Of a stretch of 64,000 bases of DNA, positions 13,938 through 31,317 are shown one piece after another. The notes below the pieces were generated by a model, which searched no databases, was not told the origin of the DNA, and worked only from the letters and a program-made list of their open reading frames with translations. The position numbers and the translations under genes are program-made. Within the stretch, counting starts at the first letter, position 1; every line of letters starts with the position of its first letter. Source of the stretch: Octopus vulgaris (Eukaryota); contig OX597834.1 in the NCBI GenBank assembly GCA_951406725.2, positions 14,756,001 to 14,820,000 on the forward strand, given 5' to 3'.

Positions 13938-14212
13938 GTTTCAAAATTTTGCCACGAGGGTAGCTGTTTTGGGAGTAGATGTGTTAGTTCCATTGACCCC
14001 AGTGTTTCACCGGTACTTAATTTATCGACCCCGAGAAGATGAAACTCAAAGTAGACCTCAGTGGAATTTGAACTGGGAACGTAGCGACGGGCGACATACC
14101 GCTAAGCATCCTGCCCAGCGTGCTAACAATTCTGCCAGCTCGCCGGCTTAACAACAACAAGAACAAGAACAGCAATAATAATAATAATATTAATAATAAT
14201 AATAATATTGAA

Positions 14213-14243
<31 letters not shown>

Positions 14244-14262
14244 GAAGAGTGGTGTCCCAGCA
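13608..14262 (-). repeat. 329-bp tandem duplication of a family D-type SINE plus (AAT)n
   Basis: Units begin at CGTTTCAAAATTTTGCC (13608 and 13937) and are near identical including the flanking AACAACAAGAAC. Confidence 0.9.
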
Positions 14263-14367
14263 TGGCCGCAACCTTCGGGCTAAAGCATTTTTAAGGATTT
14301 AAGGATTTCGTAATAATAATACTAATAATAATAATGCTAAAACTACTACTACTACTACTACTACTAC

Positions 14368-14411
<44 letters not shown>

Positions 14412-15232
14412 TGGTTTGCAGAAAATGATCCATTTGAATCGCAATAGAAAATCAGTATCCAGTCAAATTGGCGAATGAAGTTTTATTCTAACTTGGAAGT
14501 TCTTTTTCGTTTTGGTTAATTTTTTAAACTTCTGTTTTAAAAAATTAAACAAAAAAAAGCGATTAAAGACTTGAAATCTCTTTTGTAATTTTTATAATTA
14601 TTAAAAGTCTCGAGTTTCGTTTTATTTATTTAGATTTTCACAGATTTATTTTCTAACATTTTTTAAAATTTATTTTCAAATTTTATACGATTCTATCTTT
14701 ATTTTTCAAGTTTTATGTTTTAAAAATATTTTCCTGAATTATCATTTTCTCCTGTCTTTATTATTATCGATAATTTTTATTCATTTGTTCATGATCTTGT
14801 ATCATATTCATATTTCTCTGTATGTAAGTCAGTGTGTTTGTTTATGTGTGTGTATCTCAATAAGTATGTATGCAGCTAATACAAGTATATATATATATGT
14901 GTGTGTGTGTGCATGTGTCTGTGTGTGTATTTGTAACTATATATGTGTATATATGTATGTATATATGTATGTATGTATACATATATATGTGTGTGTATAT
15001 ATATATGTGAATATATATATATGTGTATATATATATGAATGTGTACATATATATATACATGTGGGCGTGTGCGTGTGCGTTTGTATTTGTATCTATATAT
15101 ATATATATATGTATAAATGTATATATATATATACATATATGTATATACATATATTATATATATATATGTATACAAATATATGCATGTATATATATATTCA
15201 GGTGTATATATATATATATAAATACATATAAA

Positions 15233-15274
<42 letters not shown>

Positions 15275-15551
15275 CATATATAGTTATAAATACATACTTA
15301 AATATATATGTGCGTGTGTGTATGTATGTGTATGAGTGTGTGTGTGTGTGTGTGTGTTGAATGTGTGCTACTATGTATGCTTCGTGCAAGTATAACCTGG
15401 CCTGCGTGAACAGTGTTATGAAGCGGAAGTATAAATACGTTTGAAGTAATCTTTTGTGGCGTAAAGAAAAAAAATATAAATGACACATGTTTATATCTAT
15501 ATACATATACATGCATATATATATGTGTGTGCGTGTATATGCATTTATATT

Positions 15552-15594
<43 letters not shown>

Positions 15595-15790
15595 ACAGAC
15601 GCACACATATACATACATATACACGAACTCACCGAGAGATATGCGTACATATATACACCTACAGTGAAGTGTGTATTTTTCAACTAGCGTTTCTATATAC
15701 GCGTGTGAATAGGTAGGTAGATAGATGCGTAGATAGATAGGTACAATTGTACTTATTTATGTACTTACACACACACGATATATATGTGTT

Positions 15791-15862
<72 letters not shown>

Positions 15863-17332
15863 TATGTATTCATGCTTATATCTGTAATGTATGTCTCATA
15901 TGTATATATGTATACTATAAAATATATATATTTGTATATATATATATCTTAGATATGTATCTAAGTGTGTGTTCTTATGTATTAATTTGTGTATATACTC
16001 ACACAACACACAAATGTATATTTATGTATGTATGTGTCTACGTATGAGTGTATATGCCAGTGTGTAGGTGGTGGTGGCGTTGTAGCTATAACACACAGTT
16101 ACAGTCGTTAATGGTGGCGGCGCTTGGTTACTCGTGTTTGTGTAGTAATCGCTTCATTGCCTAATAAGCTAATTGCCGGCAGACATTTTTGGTCGCATTT
16201 TTTCTTCTTTTCCCTCGTCTTTCGTCTTTTTAATTAAGATTATAATTATCAAACTAAAGAAAAGCTTTTCTTTTCTTAAAGTTCGTTCTAATGATTTGGT
16301 TCTGATAAGTTTTTGTTAATTAAAAAAGTATACAAAGAACTAATTTTATTTGGGTACTTTTTTTTGTGTATTTCTTATATTTTCTTGGGTTTTATTATTT
16401 GTGAAAAATTATAAGTTTTAAACTATAGAATATTCCATTTCGGTTTTCTTTTCCTTCTCAATATTAATCGTGTTTTATAAGTTTTTTTTTAGGTATATTT
16501 TTTGTTATGTGTGTGTATTTGTGCGTTTGCGTGTGTGTGTCTGTGTGTGTGTATTTGCCTCAGTTTCCTGAAAAAAATTCAAATCGTTTAAAAAAATGCC
16601 AGAGTTTTACAGAATGTTCCACGACCCAGTATATGCGATGCCAATAAGATTTATGCATAGTATATATGTAATTACTTTGAAGTCACATATGCGATTAGAT
16701 GATACGACCTATTTTCTTTATGGTATTACTTTAGCATGAATAATTCGCTAGACATTCTTAAGTATACTTACATTTCTGGTATAAGACATAGGGGTGCAGA
16801 CTAGTGTTTCTGCGTTTCTTCAGGACATTCGAAATGGTTGGAAATAAAAGGAATAATGTTACATTGTGATTAAAACAAACCTCACCAAATATCACGTTAC
16901 AGAAATCACTCCGCTGAAAGCAACAGACAAAAGGATACATCACCCTTTTGTTACCTAATTTCGGCTAGCTCACAAACTGTATATTAATCTATTCATATAC
17001 TAAATTTTCTTTCTTACAGCTTTGCTTGACAATAAAATCTAGTAGATAAGCCATTCACCAAGGTACCTCGCAGCAGAACCGAACCGAAATCAAAGCGTTA
17101 CAAAGTGGAATACACGAACTCACAGTTATGTGCGAAGAAACTACCATGTATCAAGCACACTAGGCTATATGTGATCGAAATATAATATTGTAAACAGTAC
17201 GTAGAAAAGACTTGGAATTTAATTCATTGATACTTATTGAAGGAATTTGTAGACTAATTTTGGACGTAGTTGTACACATGCGATTTACACAAACTTCATA
17301 TGGAATCACATACGAACAAACACACATACCCA

Positions 17333-17379
<47 letters not shown>

Positions 17380-17418
17380 TCACATATATACATGATAATA
17401 TATATATATGTATATATA

Positions 17419-17453
<35 letters not shown>

Positions 17454-17471
17454 TCACATATATACATGATT

Positions 17472-17540
<69 letters not shown>

Positions 17541-17573
17541 AATAGATGAGTGTATTTTACCTTGTTAACAATT

Positions 17574-17622
<49 letters not shown>

Positions 17623-17710
17623 GCACAGAATTATATATATTTTTCAACGAACGGGAACGTGAAATTCTGAGTAACTAGTTATTGTGATATTTTTGCTGCT
17701 TTTTAATAAA

Positions 17711-17798
<88 letters not shown>

Positions 17799-18322
17799 TT
17801 TCAGTGACACTCAAAATACATGTAAGACAGACAGTAAATAAATACGACCCATAATGCATTGGTCAGTGAAACGCTTCATCTTAACCGTACACGGTAAAAG
17901 GTGCTGCGGAATACACTTCGACCAGGGGCCAAGTGTTTTCAAATCGATAAACACTGAAAGTTTGTGGATTCTCTACAATCTGTAAGCGTAAATTATGAAT
18001 TTTGTTTGACAGCCATGAGACTTCTTCGGATATCCATCCTAAGCATATAATGACTATATAATGACTATATAATGACTCCATCCTAAGCATATAATGACTA
18101 TTTTTGTAAAGTTTATGAGTGTTTATTGTGATAACTGTCTTCCATTTAAATGCTGCAGATACTGAGCTGCAGCTATGCTGCACTATTTCGAATGGTTTAG
18201 TGTAAAAAGACAATTGCTCCTACAATAAAGCTGATTTAAAGCATTTTATATTTTTCTGGTAAAGGAAAACGATTTATGACAAAAAAATATTATAGAATAC
18301 ATCTGCACTTCTTGTTATTCAA

Positions 18323-18799
18323 TCTTATTTCTTTATTGTCCACAAGGGGGTAAACATAGAATGGACAAACAAGGACAGACAAAGGGATTAAGTCGATTAC
18401 ATCAGCCCGAGTGCGTAACTGGTACTTAGTTTATCAAGCCCGAAAGGATAAAAGGTAAAGTCGACCTCAGCGGAATTTGAACTCAGAACGTAGCGGCAGG
18501 CGAAATATCGATAAGCATTTCGCCCGGCGTGCTAACGTTTCAGCCAGCTCGCCGCCTTTTTGTATTCTTATTTCTTTATTGTCCACAAGGGGGTAAACAT
18601 AGAATGGACAAACAAGGACAGACAAAGGGATTAAGTCGATTACATCGACCCCAGTGCGTAACTGGTACTTAACTTATCGAGCCCGAAAGAATGAAAGGCA
18701 AAGTCGACCTCAGCGGAATTTGAACTCAGAACGTAACGGCAGACGAAATATCGATAAGCATTTCGCCCGGCGTACTAACGTTTCTGCCAGCTCGCCGCT
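18323..18799 (-). mobile_element. Two head-to-tail full-length family D SINEs (243-bp period)
   Basis: Both copies (18323 and 18566) share the private variants GTCCACAAGGGGGTAAACATAGAATGG and ATCGATAAGC. Confidence 0.9.
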
Positions 18800-20300
18800 T
18801 TTCTTGTTGTTCTATCAATCATTGGGAATTCAGACATTAAACTATGGATGGACTGAATAAAAGTTCACCCAAGCTTTGAGGCGATAATACATCCGATTTT
18901 ATTACGTATATTCATTTTGCTTTGAGCATATATCTAAAATTCTTCGTTTTATCTTTGCAATGAGTCAATTACACTACCGTTACTATATTTTTTGATTATG
19001 GTTAATTTTTACACGAGGATTTCTGCGTCACCTCGGTGTGAAAATCATTACACGTCAATATGGCGCATTTGAACTTTTCACAGTTCTATATATCTTTTGG
19101 TTGTACAGGCATGGGCGCTAAGCAACATGGTTTTTAATTGCTGCTCAAAATTTTTTTATTGGAGCTGCGTAGAAATCATAAAACACTGTTCTTTCACATT
19201 AGTCTCAGAGCCGTTAGCTTCCTATAATATCACCTCAACAGCTTGGTTAATGTGGAAGAGTTTGCTAACTTCAGAAATCAATTTTCCTTGAGTCTAATTC
19301 ATATTTCATTTTTTTTTTCACTTAACGCAATTACGTCTCTGTCAAATTTAATCTTAATTTTGCAGTCATTTAAGATGACCGCTAATTAGTGGCATTTTTT
19401 AATCACCATTAATTAAGGAAAAACATGTCTTTTAATTAAAGAATAAATAGAGAGAACATTTTGTTGCATTTCATCTATTTTTCGATATTTTTCTTTGATG
19501 TTATATATGATCTTCGTTTTTTTGTCGTTCTGACGACATTGCAATGCGTTCTGTCTTTAGAAACCATTATAAACCATCCTGTCTGATGCAGATACTACGA
19601 TCTTATCTGATAAATTTTGCTACGTTAGCTTTCTTTCACTGTACTATTTTCTTCGTTGAAAATAATACAATTAAATACACCATTTTCGCATTTCCGTATT
19701 CTTCCTACTAAATTGATAAAATTACAAAATGTTCAACTTTCATGAATATTTCCAGTTATTTCAGACATTGTTCTCTTAATGTCATCAATGAAGTTTAACA
19801 GTGAAATCTGTTCACACATTTTCCTTTATAATTTCAGATTATTGCGATTTTGTTTATTTATTTCTTTCACACGGAATTTCACCAGCGTTCTTTGTTATTG
19901 CTATTTTCAGAGTTCTATTGTTTATTAAATTACATGTGTTAGTGATGCTATTTTCATTTTCACTTACTGCATCATTTCCTTCTCTGCTGACTCGACGATG
20001 TTATATGTGAAATGTTTGTGTATATTTACACACGTTTACGTGTCGGTACTATCTGTGTATATATGAACACACGTATATATATAGTATTTGTGTATGAATG
20101 TATCCATAAGGTCATCTGTATCTGTGTGTGTTATCTATTTTTAAAGTTTTATTTAAACCCATATGTGATGATATAGCTTCGTTATACAGTTGTGTATCTC
20201 GAAATGTGCATTAAATAACATTTCCATCTCGTCTGAATTTCTCTTCATAATACAATAGCAACTCACTATATTCTCTTGGACGTTTGGTTAAGTTTAATAT

Positions 20301-20730
20301 CTCTTTATTCTCTTTTACTTGTTTCAGTCATTTGACTGCGGCCATGCTGGAGCACCGCCTTTTTATTGTCGAGCAAATCGACCCCAGAACTTATTCTTTG
20401 TAAGCCTAGTATTTATCATATCGGTCATATTTGCCAAACCGCTAAATTACGGGAACGTATTCACACCAGCATCGGTTGTCAAGCGATGGTGGGGGGACAA
20501 ACACAGACACACAAACATACATACACATACACACATACATACATATATATATATATATACATATATACAACGGGCTTCAATCAGTTTCCGACTACCTAAT
20601 CCACTCACAAGGCTTTGGTTGGCCCGAGGCTATAGTAGAAGACACTTGCCCAAGGTATCACGCAGTGGGACTGAATCGGGATCCATGTAGTTGGTAAGCA
20701 AGCTACTTACCTCACAACCACTGCTACGCT
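20301..20730 (-). mobile_element. Family C SINE
   Basis: Collinear with 10-431. Confidence 0.9.
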
Positions 20731-21349
20731 TGTAAAACATCATCCTAGCAGAACTGTCAGCACGTAGATCAGAATAGTTAGCAACAAATTATTCAAGTTC
20801 CTTACATTCAGTGTTCAGATTCTGCCCAGGTCAACTTTACGGTTCACCCAACAGCAACCGATAAAATAAAGTAGCAGTCAAGTACCGGAGTCGATATAAT
20901 CCTCTTTTCTCCTCCTCTCAACATTGCTGGCCTTGCAACAAAATTAGAAAGTATATTATTCTTGCCAGCATTTTTATAAAATGAATTCATGATTCTTCTT
21001 TCTTGTCTCATAAATGTTACTAGACGGACAGAACTGAACATATCATTTTTAACTTCGACTAGATATTAATATATTATAGATTACATCGACAGAAACAAGC
21101 AATGCTTTAGTGGAATAATCACCGGAATCCAAGCTGACCTCGAGCGAACATCATCTTCAAACAAATTACGTTCTCTTGATATGATATATTGGAGAGGAGC
21201 AAATCTAACCGGGTGAGAGATATAACTGTTTTTGTTATGGCGAGATGGAGTCATCTGACGCCTGAGAATTTTTTTAAAAATCATGAAAAATATTCAGGAA
21301 AATTATATATTAGAATGTAAAGAAGTAAAATAAATGTATTTAATATTCT

Positions 21350-21670
21350 GGAGGCGCAATAGCTCAGTGGTTAGGGTAGCAGATTCGCGGTCGGAGGATC
21401 GCGGTTTCGATTCCCAGACCGGGCGTTGTGTGCGTCTATTGAGCGAAAACACCAGGCTCCACGAGGCTCTGACAGGGGTTGGTGGCGACCCCTGTTGTAC
21501 TCTTTCGCCCCAACTTTCTCTCACTCTCTCTCTCTCTCTTCCTGTTTCCTGAGTAACGCTACGATGGACTGGCGTCCCGTCAAGCTGGGGAACACATACG
21601 CAACAGAAACCAGGAAAGCGGGCCCATGAGCCTTGCTTCGCTTGAAAAGGGTGCATTAATAAATAAATAA
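21350..21670 (+). mobile_element. Family A SINE with family B-type tail and 12-bp TSD
   Basis: TSD ATTTAATATTCT at 21338-21349 and 21671-21682; tail CGATGGACTGGCGTCCCGTC..GAAACC..AAAAGGGTGCATT. Confidence 0.92.
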
Positions 21671-21907
21671 ATTTAATATTCTACCATAGCAACACAAGAT
21701 AACGGTTTCGAATCCCATTCTCGACGAGCGGTCCGTTATGTTCTTAAGCAATACACTTCGTTTTATATTCTTCCGGTTCACTCTTATTTAAATTATTAAC
21801 ATCGGAGATGGTCTGGCCTTCCGTTCAGGTAGGGGTTCAATGTGATCCCGGTCACTTATACGCCATGAAAAGAAAGTAAATGATCTCATAATTCTAATGT
21901 CCATGAG

Positions 21908-21961
<54 letters not shown>

Positions 21962-22878
21962 CTGTTGTTGTTGTTGATGATGATGATAATGACGACGATA
22001 GGAAGATGAAGGAGATGATGATGATAATGTACTATTTACTGTGTTTGACAGTTATGTATTAGCAAAATTCATATTTAATAACATAGTAAATGTCAGTGGA
22101 AATCAATATATATATATATATATTTAAGACTTATTTAAAATGACAATCATCTTCATTATTCATATTTTATCTTTGATTTCAATCTAATGGAAATATAAAG
22201 ATATCTACGACACAAATCTCGTATAAAAGAGTATATACAGACATAATCGCTAAAAGAAAATCCCTCAAGTGATATGTCCACGTAAGTAGCCCCCAAAAGT
22301 CTAAGCTTAAAGAGTTGTGTGTAAAGTTATGCTGCAGCTTAAAACTCAGAGCATATAATATTAATGGCTTCAATTAACGTATTGCTAGGTTAAATAGGCA
22401 CAAATTAGTACGTTTACCTAATAAGCTTCAGTAGATACATAACTGACGTGTCGCTTTTAAATTGTTTTCTTGAGATATGGTCTTTTAATTAACGATATTG
22501 CAACGTTTATTTCAGTTTCTTGACTTTGAAAAGTTGAATAGTGAAGTGGTTTATTGTTTTAAGCGCAGAAAGATATTGCACAACTGGGGAAAATGAAATA
22601 GACTGATATAAAACGAAGTTTATTAGCTGACATCTTCATGCATTTCATTTCCTACTCTCTGCTTAAAGACAGTGGTTCAGCTGTATAGAGTATGCGTCGA
22701 CCGAGAAAACCCGAACATTTAGCCCCACAAACATACACACATACTCAAACACATACCGACAGTGTAGGCTAGGACCGAGTGAAATCAAACTTAGCGGTAT
22801 GTCCTTGATATATTCTGTAGCTATTCTAAATCGTGAACACACTCCCACTGCCCTTGAGCGCCGGTTAGGACTGAGCGG

Positions 22879-23030
22879 TGCGCAATGGCCCAGTGATTAG
22901 GGCAACGGACTCGCGGAGGATCGCGGTTTCGATTCCCAGACCGGGCGTTGAGTGTGTTTATTGAGCGAAAACACTTAAAATCACCACGAGCCTCCAGCAG
23001 GGGGTGGTGCCGACCCCTGTTGCACTCTTT
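22879..23030 (+). mobile_element. Family A SINE, 3'-truncated
   Basis: GCGCAATGGCCCAGTG head through GCACTCTTT. Confidence 0.85.
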
Positions 23031-23569
23031 AGTAAAGAAACAGGTATTAAATCCAGCAGCATGTTGCTAATATATGCTATAGCTAGTCTAAACTGTATGC
23101 TTATATTTTCGAATACTCAGGGAGAAAGGAAAGGAAAGACAAGGAAGGTAAACTTTTCATAGAATAATTGTAGATATTAAAGTTTGTACGTTCGAGCAGA
23201 GAAAACTCTAGTGTTCTTACAAAAAAAAAAACAAAAAAACAATTGCTTACATTTTCGAATACTCAGGGAGAAAGGAAAGGATAGGTATTCACAGAAGTTG
23301 TAGATATTAAGGTAATTAAGGATGATCGTTTGTGTGTTCGAAAAATGTAGATATGTAAGGTTCTAAACTTTTTTTCAGGGAAATTTAAAATACAGGAAAT
23401 TGTAGATATTCCAGTTTCTGAGAGACATTTTTCAGTAGTGCTGCTGGGTTGTATTAGTACCTGTGTGTCTTCGGCTGCTGACTGGTCAGAACAGCGCACA
23501 ATACGGCCAGCCACTGTGAAGGCTGGCGCTCATTCTTCTAATTTCTTATTCTTATTATTCATTAGTCTT

Positions 23570-24138
<569 letters not shown>

Positions 24139-24201
24139 GGTGCCAATACTACATTAAAGAAAAATGCACATGTTTAAGATACAAATAATATTTGTATTGA
24201 A

Positions 24202-24252
<51 letters not shown>

Positions 24253-24314
24253 CAAGCACACGCGTATATATATATATGTATATATATGTATATATGCATA
24301 TATGTATGTCTATG

Positions 24315-24346
<32 letters not shown>

Positions 24347-24353
24347 TATATAT

Positions 24354-26242
<1,889 letters not shown>

Positions 26243-26280
26243 GTTACAAAATTTGTCTATAAAATGTATATTTATGTAAT

Positions 26281-26399
<119 letters not shown>

Positions 26400-26542
26400 G
26401 TATATATATAAATGTATATACGTATGTATGTATATATATATAAGTGTGTATATATGTATGTATGTGTGTATATATGTATGTATGTATGCATGGGTATGTA
26501 TGTGTAAACTCAATTGAACCATGCTTCAACCTTCTGCCATAC

Positions 26543-27216
26543 CTTATAATAACGGAATGGTGGTTCTGGTGACTGTGCTTCAGTTTTCGGTTGTTAATAA
26601 CATCAAGAATGATAATAACCCAACAGCTTTTAATGTGGATTGGTATCCAGTAGGAAAGAAGCAGAGGCATAAGGATCCGCTGATAAGAGATTGAGACCAC
26701 ACGCCACGTTAGCGAATAACAGTATTGTGCTCATGCTGATCATATAGTCAATAACACTTTATCTGCTAATGAGATAATGGAAAACACTCCTGCCACTTGC
26801 GAAAATGAAACGGAACGTTGGCAATTTAAAATTTCCAACAGCGTGTCGAAGACAAATTCTCGTTACGTTTTATTCATTATTCGTTTATTCGTTTATCCGT
26901 AAAAGCGCTTTGTGTGTCGCTTGTAAGAGTGAGAAGAACAGTAATAACAACGAAAAACGGGGGCAATAATGATGAAGGGTAGAGAGGGAAAGACGTTAGT
27001 GTTCTGCGACGGTTACGACTGCTGCTGCTGCTTCTGCTGCTGCGGTTGCTGCGGTTTGCTGCGACTAAATGCAAGGGGCGACGACGAAGGTAGATTAGCA
27101 ACAGATGTGATGGAGGTGTTGGTATAAAGAAGGCGAAGTAGAAGAGAGGGAGGAAGGGGATGTGAAGAAGAAGAAGAGGAGGAGGAGAAGAAGAAGAAGA
27201 AGAAGAGGAGGAGGAG

Positions 27217-27247
<31 letters not shown>

Positions 27248-27950
27248 GGAGGAAGAAGAAGAAGAAGTAGTGGAGAAGAAGGAGATGAAAAAGAAGAAGA
27301 AGAAGAAGAAGAAGAAGTGGAAGAGAAGAGGAGCAAGAAGAAGTAGAAGAAGAAGAAGATGAAGGCGGAGAAAAAGAAGAAGAAGGAGAAGGAGAAGAAG
27401 AGGAAGGAGGAAGAGAAAAAGAAGAAGAAGAAGAAGAAGAAGTACAATAACAACAACAAGGAAGGCCAACGAAGACAAAAACAGCAGAGAATATAATGAA
27501 GTAGAAAAGCAAGAAGAAAAAAAGAAAAGAAACAAACAAACAAAGAAATAAAGAATGAATATAATGAAAGAGACAATTTGCTGAAAGGAAAAGGTGAATA
27601 AACACAAAGGAAAAGGTAAAAACGATGATGAGAATGATGAAGATGATGATGATGATGATGACGACGACGACGATGATGATGGCGATGATGGCGGTGGCGG
27701 TTGTAACAAATGCGTCGGCGAAGACGGAAGACAGGAAAACAACAACGCAATGTTACAAGATGTTGTGTTAACGATATTAAGAGTGACAACAACAACAACA
27801 ACAACAACGACGACGACGACGACATTAACAACACACCGAACAACAACAAATTCTTCAGTCGCAGCAAGAACAGCAGCAGAGGCAGCTGCAAACTCTGCTA
27901 CGTTAATAATATGAAACGACAGGAAGAACAAGAAGAACATTGAGTTTCAA
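26543..27950 (-). other. Candidate 5'-UTR-like first exon rich in trinucleotide repeats
   Basis: TE-free, relatively GC/CpG-rich, with (TTC), (ATC), (GTC), (TTG) and (AGC) tracts; ends in the donor AAG|GTATGG at 26543/26542; short uORFs only. Confidence 0.3.
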
Positions 27951-28257
27951 AGGAAAGGAAAGGAAAATGAAATAATATAAAATAACATAAGACAAACGCA
28001 TCAATCACAATTGGTGATGATGATGATGATGATGACGATGATGATGATGACGACGATGATGATGATGATGACGATGGTGATGATGATGATGATGACGATG
28101 GTGATGATGATGATGATGATGATGATGACGACGACGATGACGATGATGATGATGATAGTAATAGAGTTAATAGAATCCACAAGAGCAATCGCAATGACAA
28201 AACCATCAATAATAATAATCATAATAATAATAATAATAATTATTATTATTATTATTT

Positions 28258-28322
<65 letters not shown>

Positions 28323-28323
<1 letters not shown>

Positions 28324-28678
28324 CGCCGACGTCGGCTTCGCCTTTCATCCTTTCTGGGTCGATAAATAACGTACCAGTTTCGCACCGGGGTCGATGTAAT
28401 CAACTTAATCCCTTTGTCTGTCCTTGTTTGTCCCCTCTATGTTTAGCCCTTTGTGGGCAATAAAGAAATATATATTATTATTATTATTACTATTCTACTC
28501 TAGGCACAAAGCCCGAAATTTTGGGGAGGGGGGTCGATCCTAGTACGCAACATGTACTTAATTTATCGATCCCGACAGGCTGAAAAGCAAGGTTGACCTT
28601 GTCGGGATTTGAACTCAGAACTTAAAGACAGACAAAGTACCACCCGGCGTGCTAACGTTTCTGCCAGTTCGACACCTT
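28323..28678. mobile_element. Two family D SINEs tail to tail (28323-28470 +, 28491-28678 -)
   Basis: The plus copy ends GGGCAATAAAGAAATA; the minus copy carries the GTGCCTAGAGTAGAAT tail. Confidence 0.8.
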
Positions 28679-28679
28679 G

Positions 28680-28826
<147 letters not shown>

Positions 28827-29242
28827 CAACAACAACAGCAAAAACAATAATAATAATAATAATAATAACAACAACAACAACAACAATAATAATAATGATA
28901 ACAACAACAACAATAATAATGTGGAATGAGTTATGAGGTGAGCATAACATTGAACATTTTTTGGGGTTCCTTAAATACAGTTCGTGGGGGAGAGTAGGTG
29001 TGAACTGTAGAAATATAATAAGGGTGAAGAATGAATGTAGTGAGTGGTTGTTAATGCGCTGATAATCAATGATACATACGAGTTGAAATGGGAGGTGAGG
29101 GAGAGGATGTAATCACTTATAGTGCAGGAAAGGAGGCGGAGTGAGTAACAGATTAGGAATAATGGTAAGAGAAGTAGAAAAGAGAATTAGAGATAATAGT
29201 GACGAAATCAGAGATGGCAAATGGTTGCGTGTGATCAAGATA

Positions 29243-29385
29243 ATGGCACTCCGTCGGTTACGATGGCAAGTATTCTAGTTGGTGCGACCAATGGATCAGC
29301 CTGCTCCTGAAATGTACGTGTAAGTGGCTGAGCATTCCACAGACACACGTACTCTTAGCACAGTTCTGAGGGAGATTCAGCGCTA
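29243..29385 (-). mobile_element. Isolated SINE/LINE tail matching the 3' module of the 33224 SINE
   Basis: GCACTCCGTCGGTTACGA..GTGGCTGAGCATTCCACAGACAC is the reverse complement of about 33470-33610. Confidence 0.75.
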
Positions 29386-29661
29386 CTCATTTTCGCTGCC
29401 GGTTTTCAAAACTATTGAGTTTACGACCGTAAGCCATTTTTGCCGCTGGTCTTCGAACTCCCCTAAAGCGAATAACCTAACGACTAAACCACGCTGAGAT
29501 CAATGTAAAATGTGGTTATAGAGAACAGTATGAAGAACGAAGGTTACATAACAAGTGAAATGGCAAAGAATAGTACATGGCATCAGTGAAACGGTGGTGA
29601 AATATGCAGTTCTGCATACACTAAGATACTACAGTTTGAGAGGTGATGTAGAGTAAGAATG

Positions 29662-30100
29662 TTCTGGGGGGAGCAAGTTATGTAGGATAGGCTGAAAACA
29701 CAATTTCATTCACATACTCTAAACCATGTATTGAGTTCTGCTTTTTATCATTCGGTTACGAAAAGTGAAAATGAAACCTATACACACGTGCTGTTGGTGA
29801 TTATTTTTCTAACTTTGAACTTCTTCCTTTTAACTTTTCGAGGACGAACTACAGTCGAAACATGCACAACTCTCTCCGTTTCTGGGGGAGCAAGTTATGT
29901 AGGATAGGCTGAAAACACAATTTCATTCACATACTCTAAATCATGTATTGAGTTCTGCTTTTTATCATTCGGTTAAGAAAAGTGAAAATGAAAACTATAC
30001 ACACGTGCTGTTGGTGATTATTTTTCTATCTTTGAACTTCTTCCTTTTAACTTTTCGAGGACAAACTACAATCGAAACGTCGACAACTCTCTCCGTTTCT
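29662..30100. repeat. ~217-bp tandem duplication with degenerate Penelope-like GAC..GTC-GAAAC motif
   Basis: Units begin TTCTGGGGG at 29662 and 29880. Confidence 0.9.
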
Positions 30101-31186
30101 TGAGCGTCAAATTAATCCGTTTCTTGTGCACGTCTAGCTGCTGCCTGCTGATGTTAATTGCATTGTTCGTTTCTTTGATTTCTAAATCTGACCTTGCCTT
30201 CGGTTCTTAAATTCACGCTGAATAAGTAACGTCTTGTCGTGATTTACTTTGTCGATTTTAGCCCTGGAGACCTCGAGGCCAACTGTAGGTTATTCGTACT
30301 TTATTTATCAACCCATATAGATATATATAAACATATATGTGCGCGTGTTATTGTGTGTGTATGTGTGAATGTATAAGCATATATATATACAAAATACATA
30401 TTTATATACATACATACATACCGATATATATGTTTAAGTACATAAATACTCGTATTTACACACATGTATATGTATATAAATGTACACACACATACACACA
30501 CACGCACACACACATATATACATACATATACACATATTAATTAATTATTTATTTTAGTGTATATTTACACATCTTTATATCTTTATATCTCTAAATACAC
30601 ATTATATCATATTTTTCTAAACATCTTTTTCTCCCTCTAAACACACATATATATCCTTATCCAAATATAAGTGTATGCCTGTATATGTCACACATCTATA
30701 TACATATTTACGCATATCTATACCCATTTATATGAATATATGTACATATACTGTAATATGTGTGGATAGGGGTGAATGTTTGTATATGGTGTGTATGTAT
30801 GTGTATATATTCTCTGCGCTTATGTGTATGTGTATTTACATGTGTGTATGTGTTTCCATGTACGTGATTTCTTTTTGCAATTTTATGGCCTGCCCAAATT
30901 TATACATGCGTGTTAATTGTATTTCTGCTAAATGTAATTATATTCAATTAATTAGAATCAGATGATTAATTAGATATCTGGAAATATAAATGTATTATTA
31001 ATGGTTTTCTTACTGTGGAATCAGTACAGCACATCTCTTCGTTCGCGTGTGTACGTGCTTGTGTATCTGGTGCGCCTCTACCTTAGTATCCTCATGAATG
31101 TATGCGCCTATATACACACACACACACGCATATACACATACACACACACGCACGTACGTACGCACACATGTTTGCATATATTTAAA

Positions 31187-31222
<36 letters not shown>

Positions 31223-31278
31223 TAGGCATATACATACATAGAGATATACCTCCATGTATGTATGAATACATATATATG

Positions 31279-31317
<39 letters not shown>

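Noticed and set aside
13608-14262. CRISPR-like or other prokaryotic repeat-spacer system
   Set aside because: Eukaryotic context; the repeats are SINE duplications without unique spacers or cas genes.
18870-19990. Possible decayed DNA-transposase sequence
   Set aside because: No convincing motif or termini by eye.
26877-28463. Long ORFs (242-292 aa) with poly-S/L/E/D/H
   Set aside because: Open in several overlapping frames on both strands because of trinucleotide repeats; no recognisable protein.
29835-30085. Functional hammerheads in the 217-bp tandem repeat
   Set aside because: A GAC..GTC-GAAAC remnant is present, but the CTGANGA core and stem I are lost.
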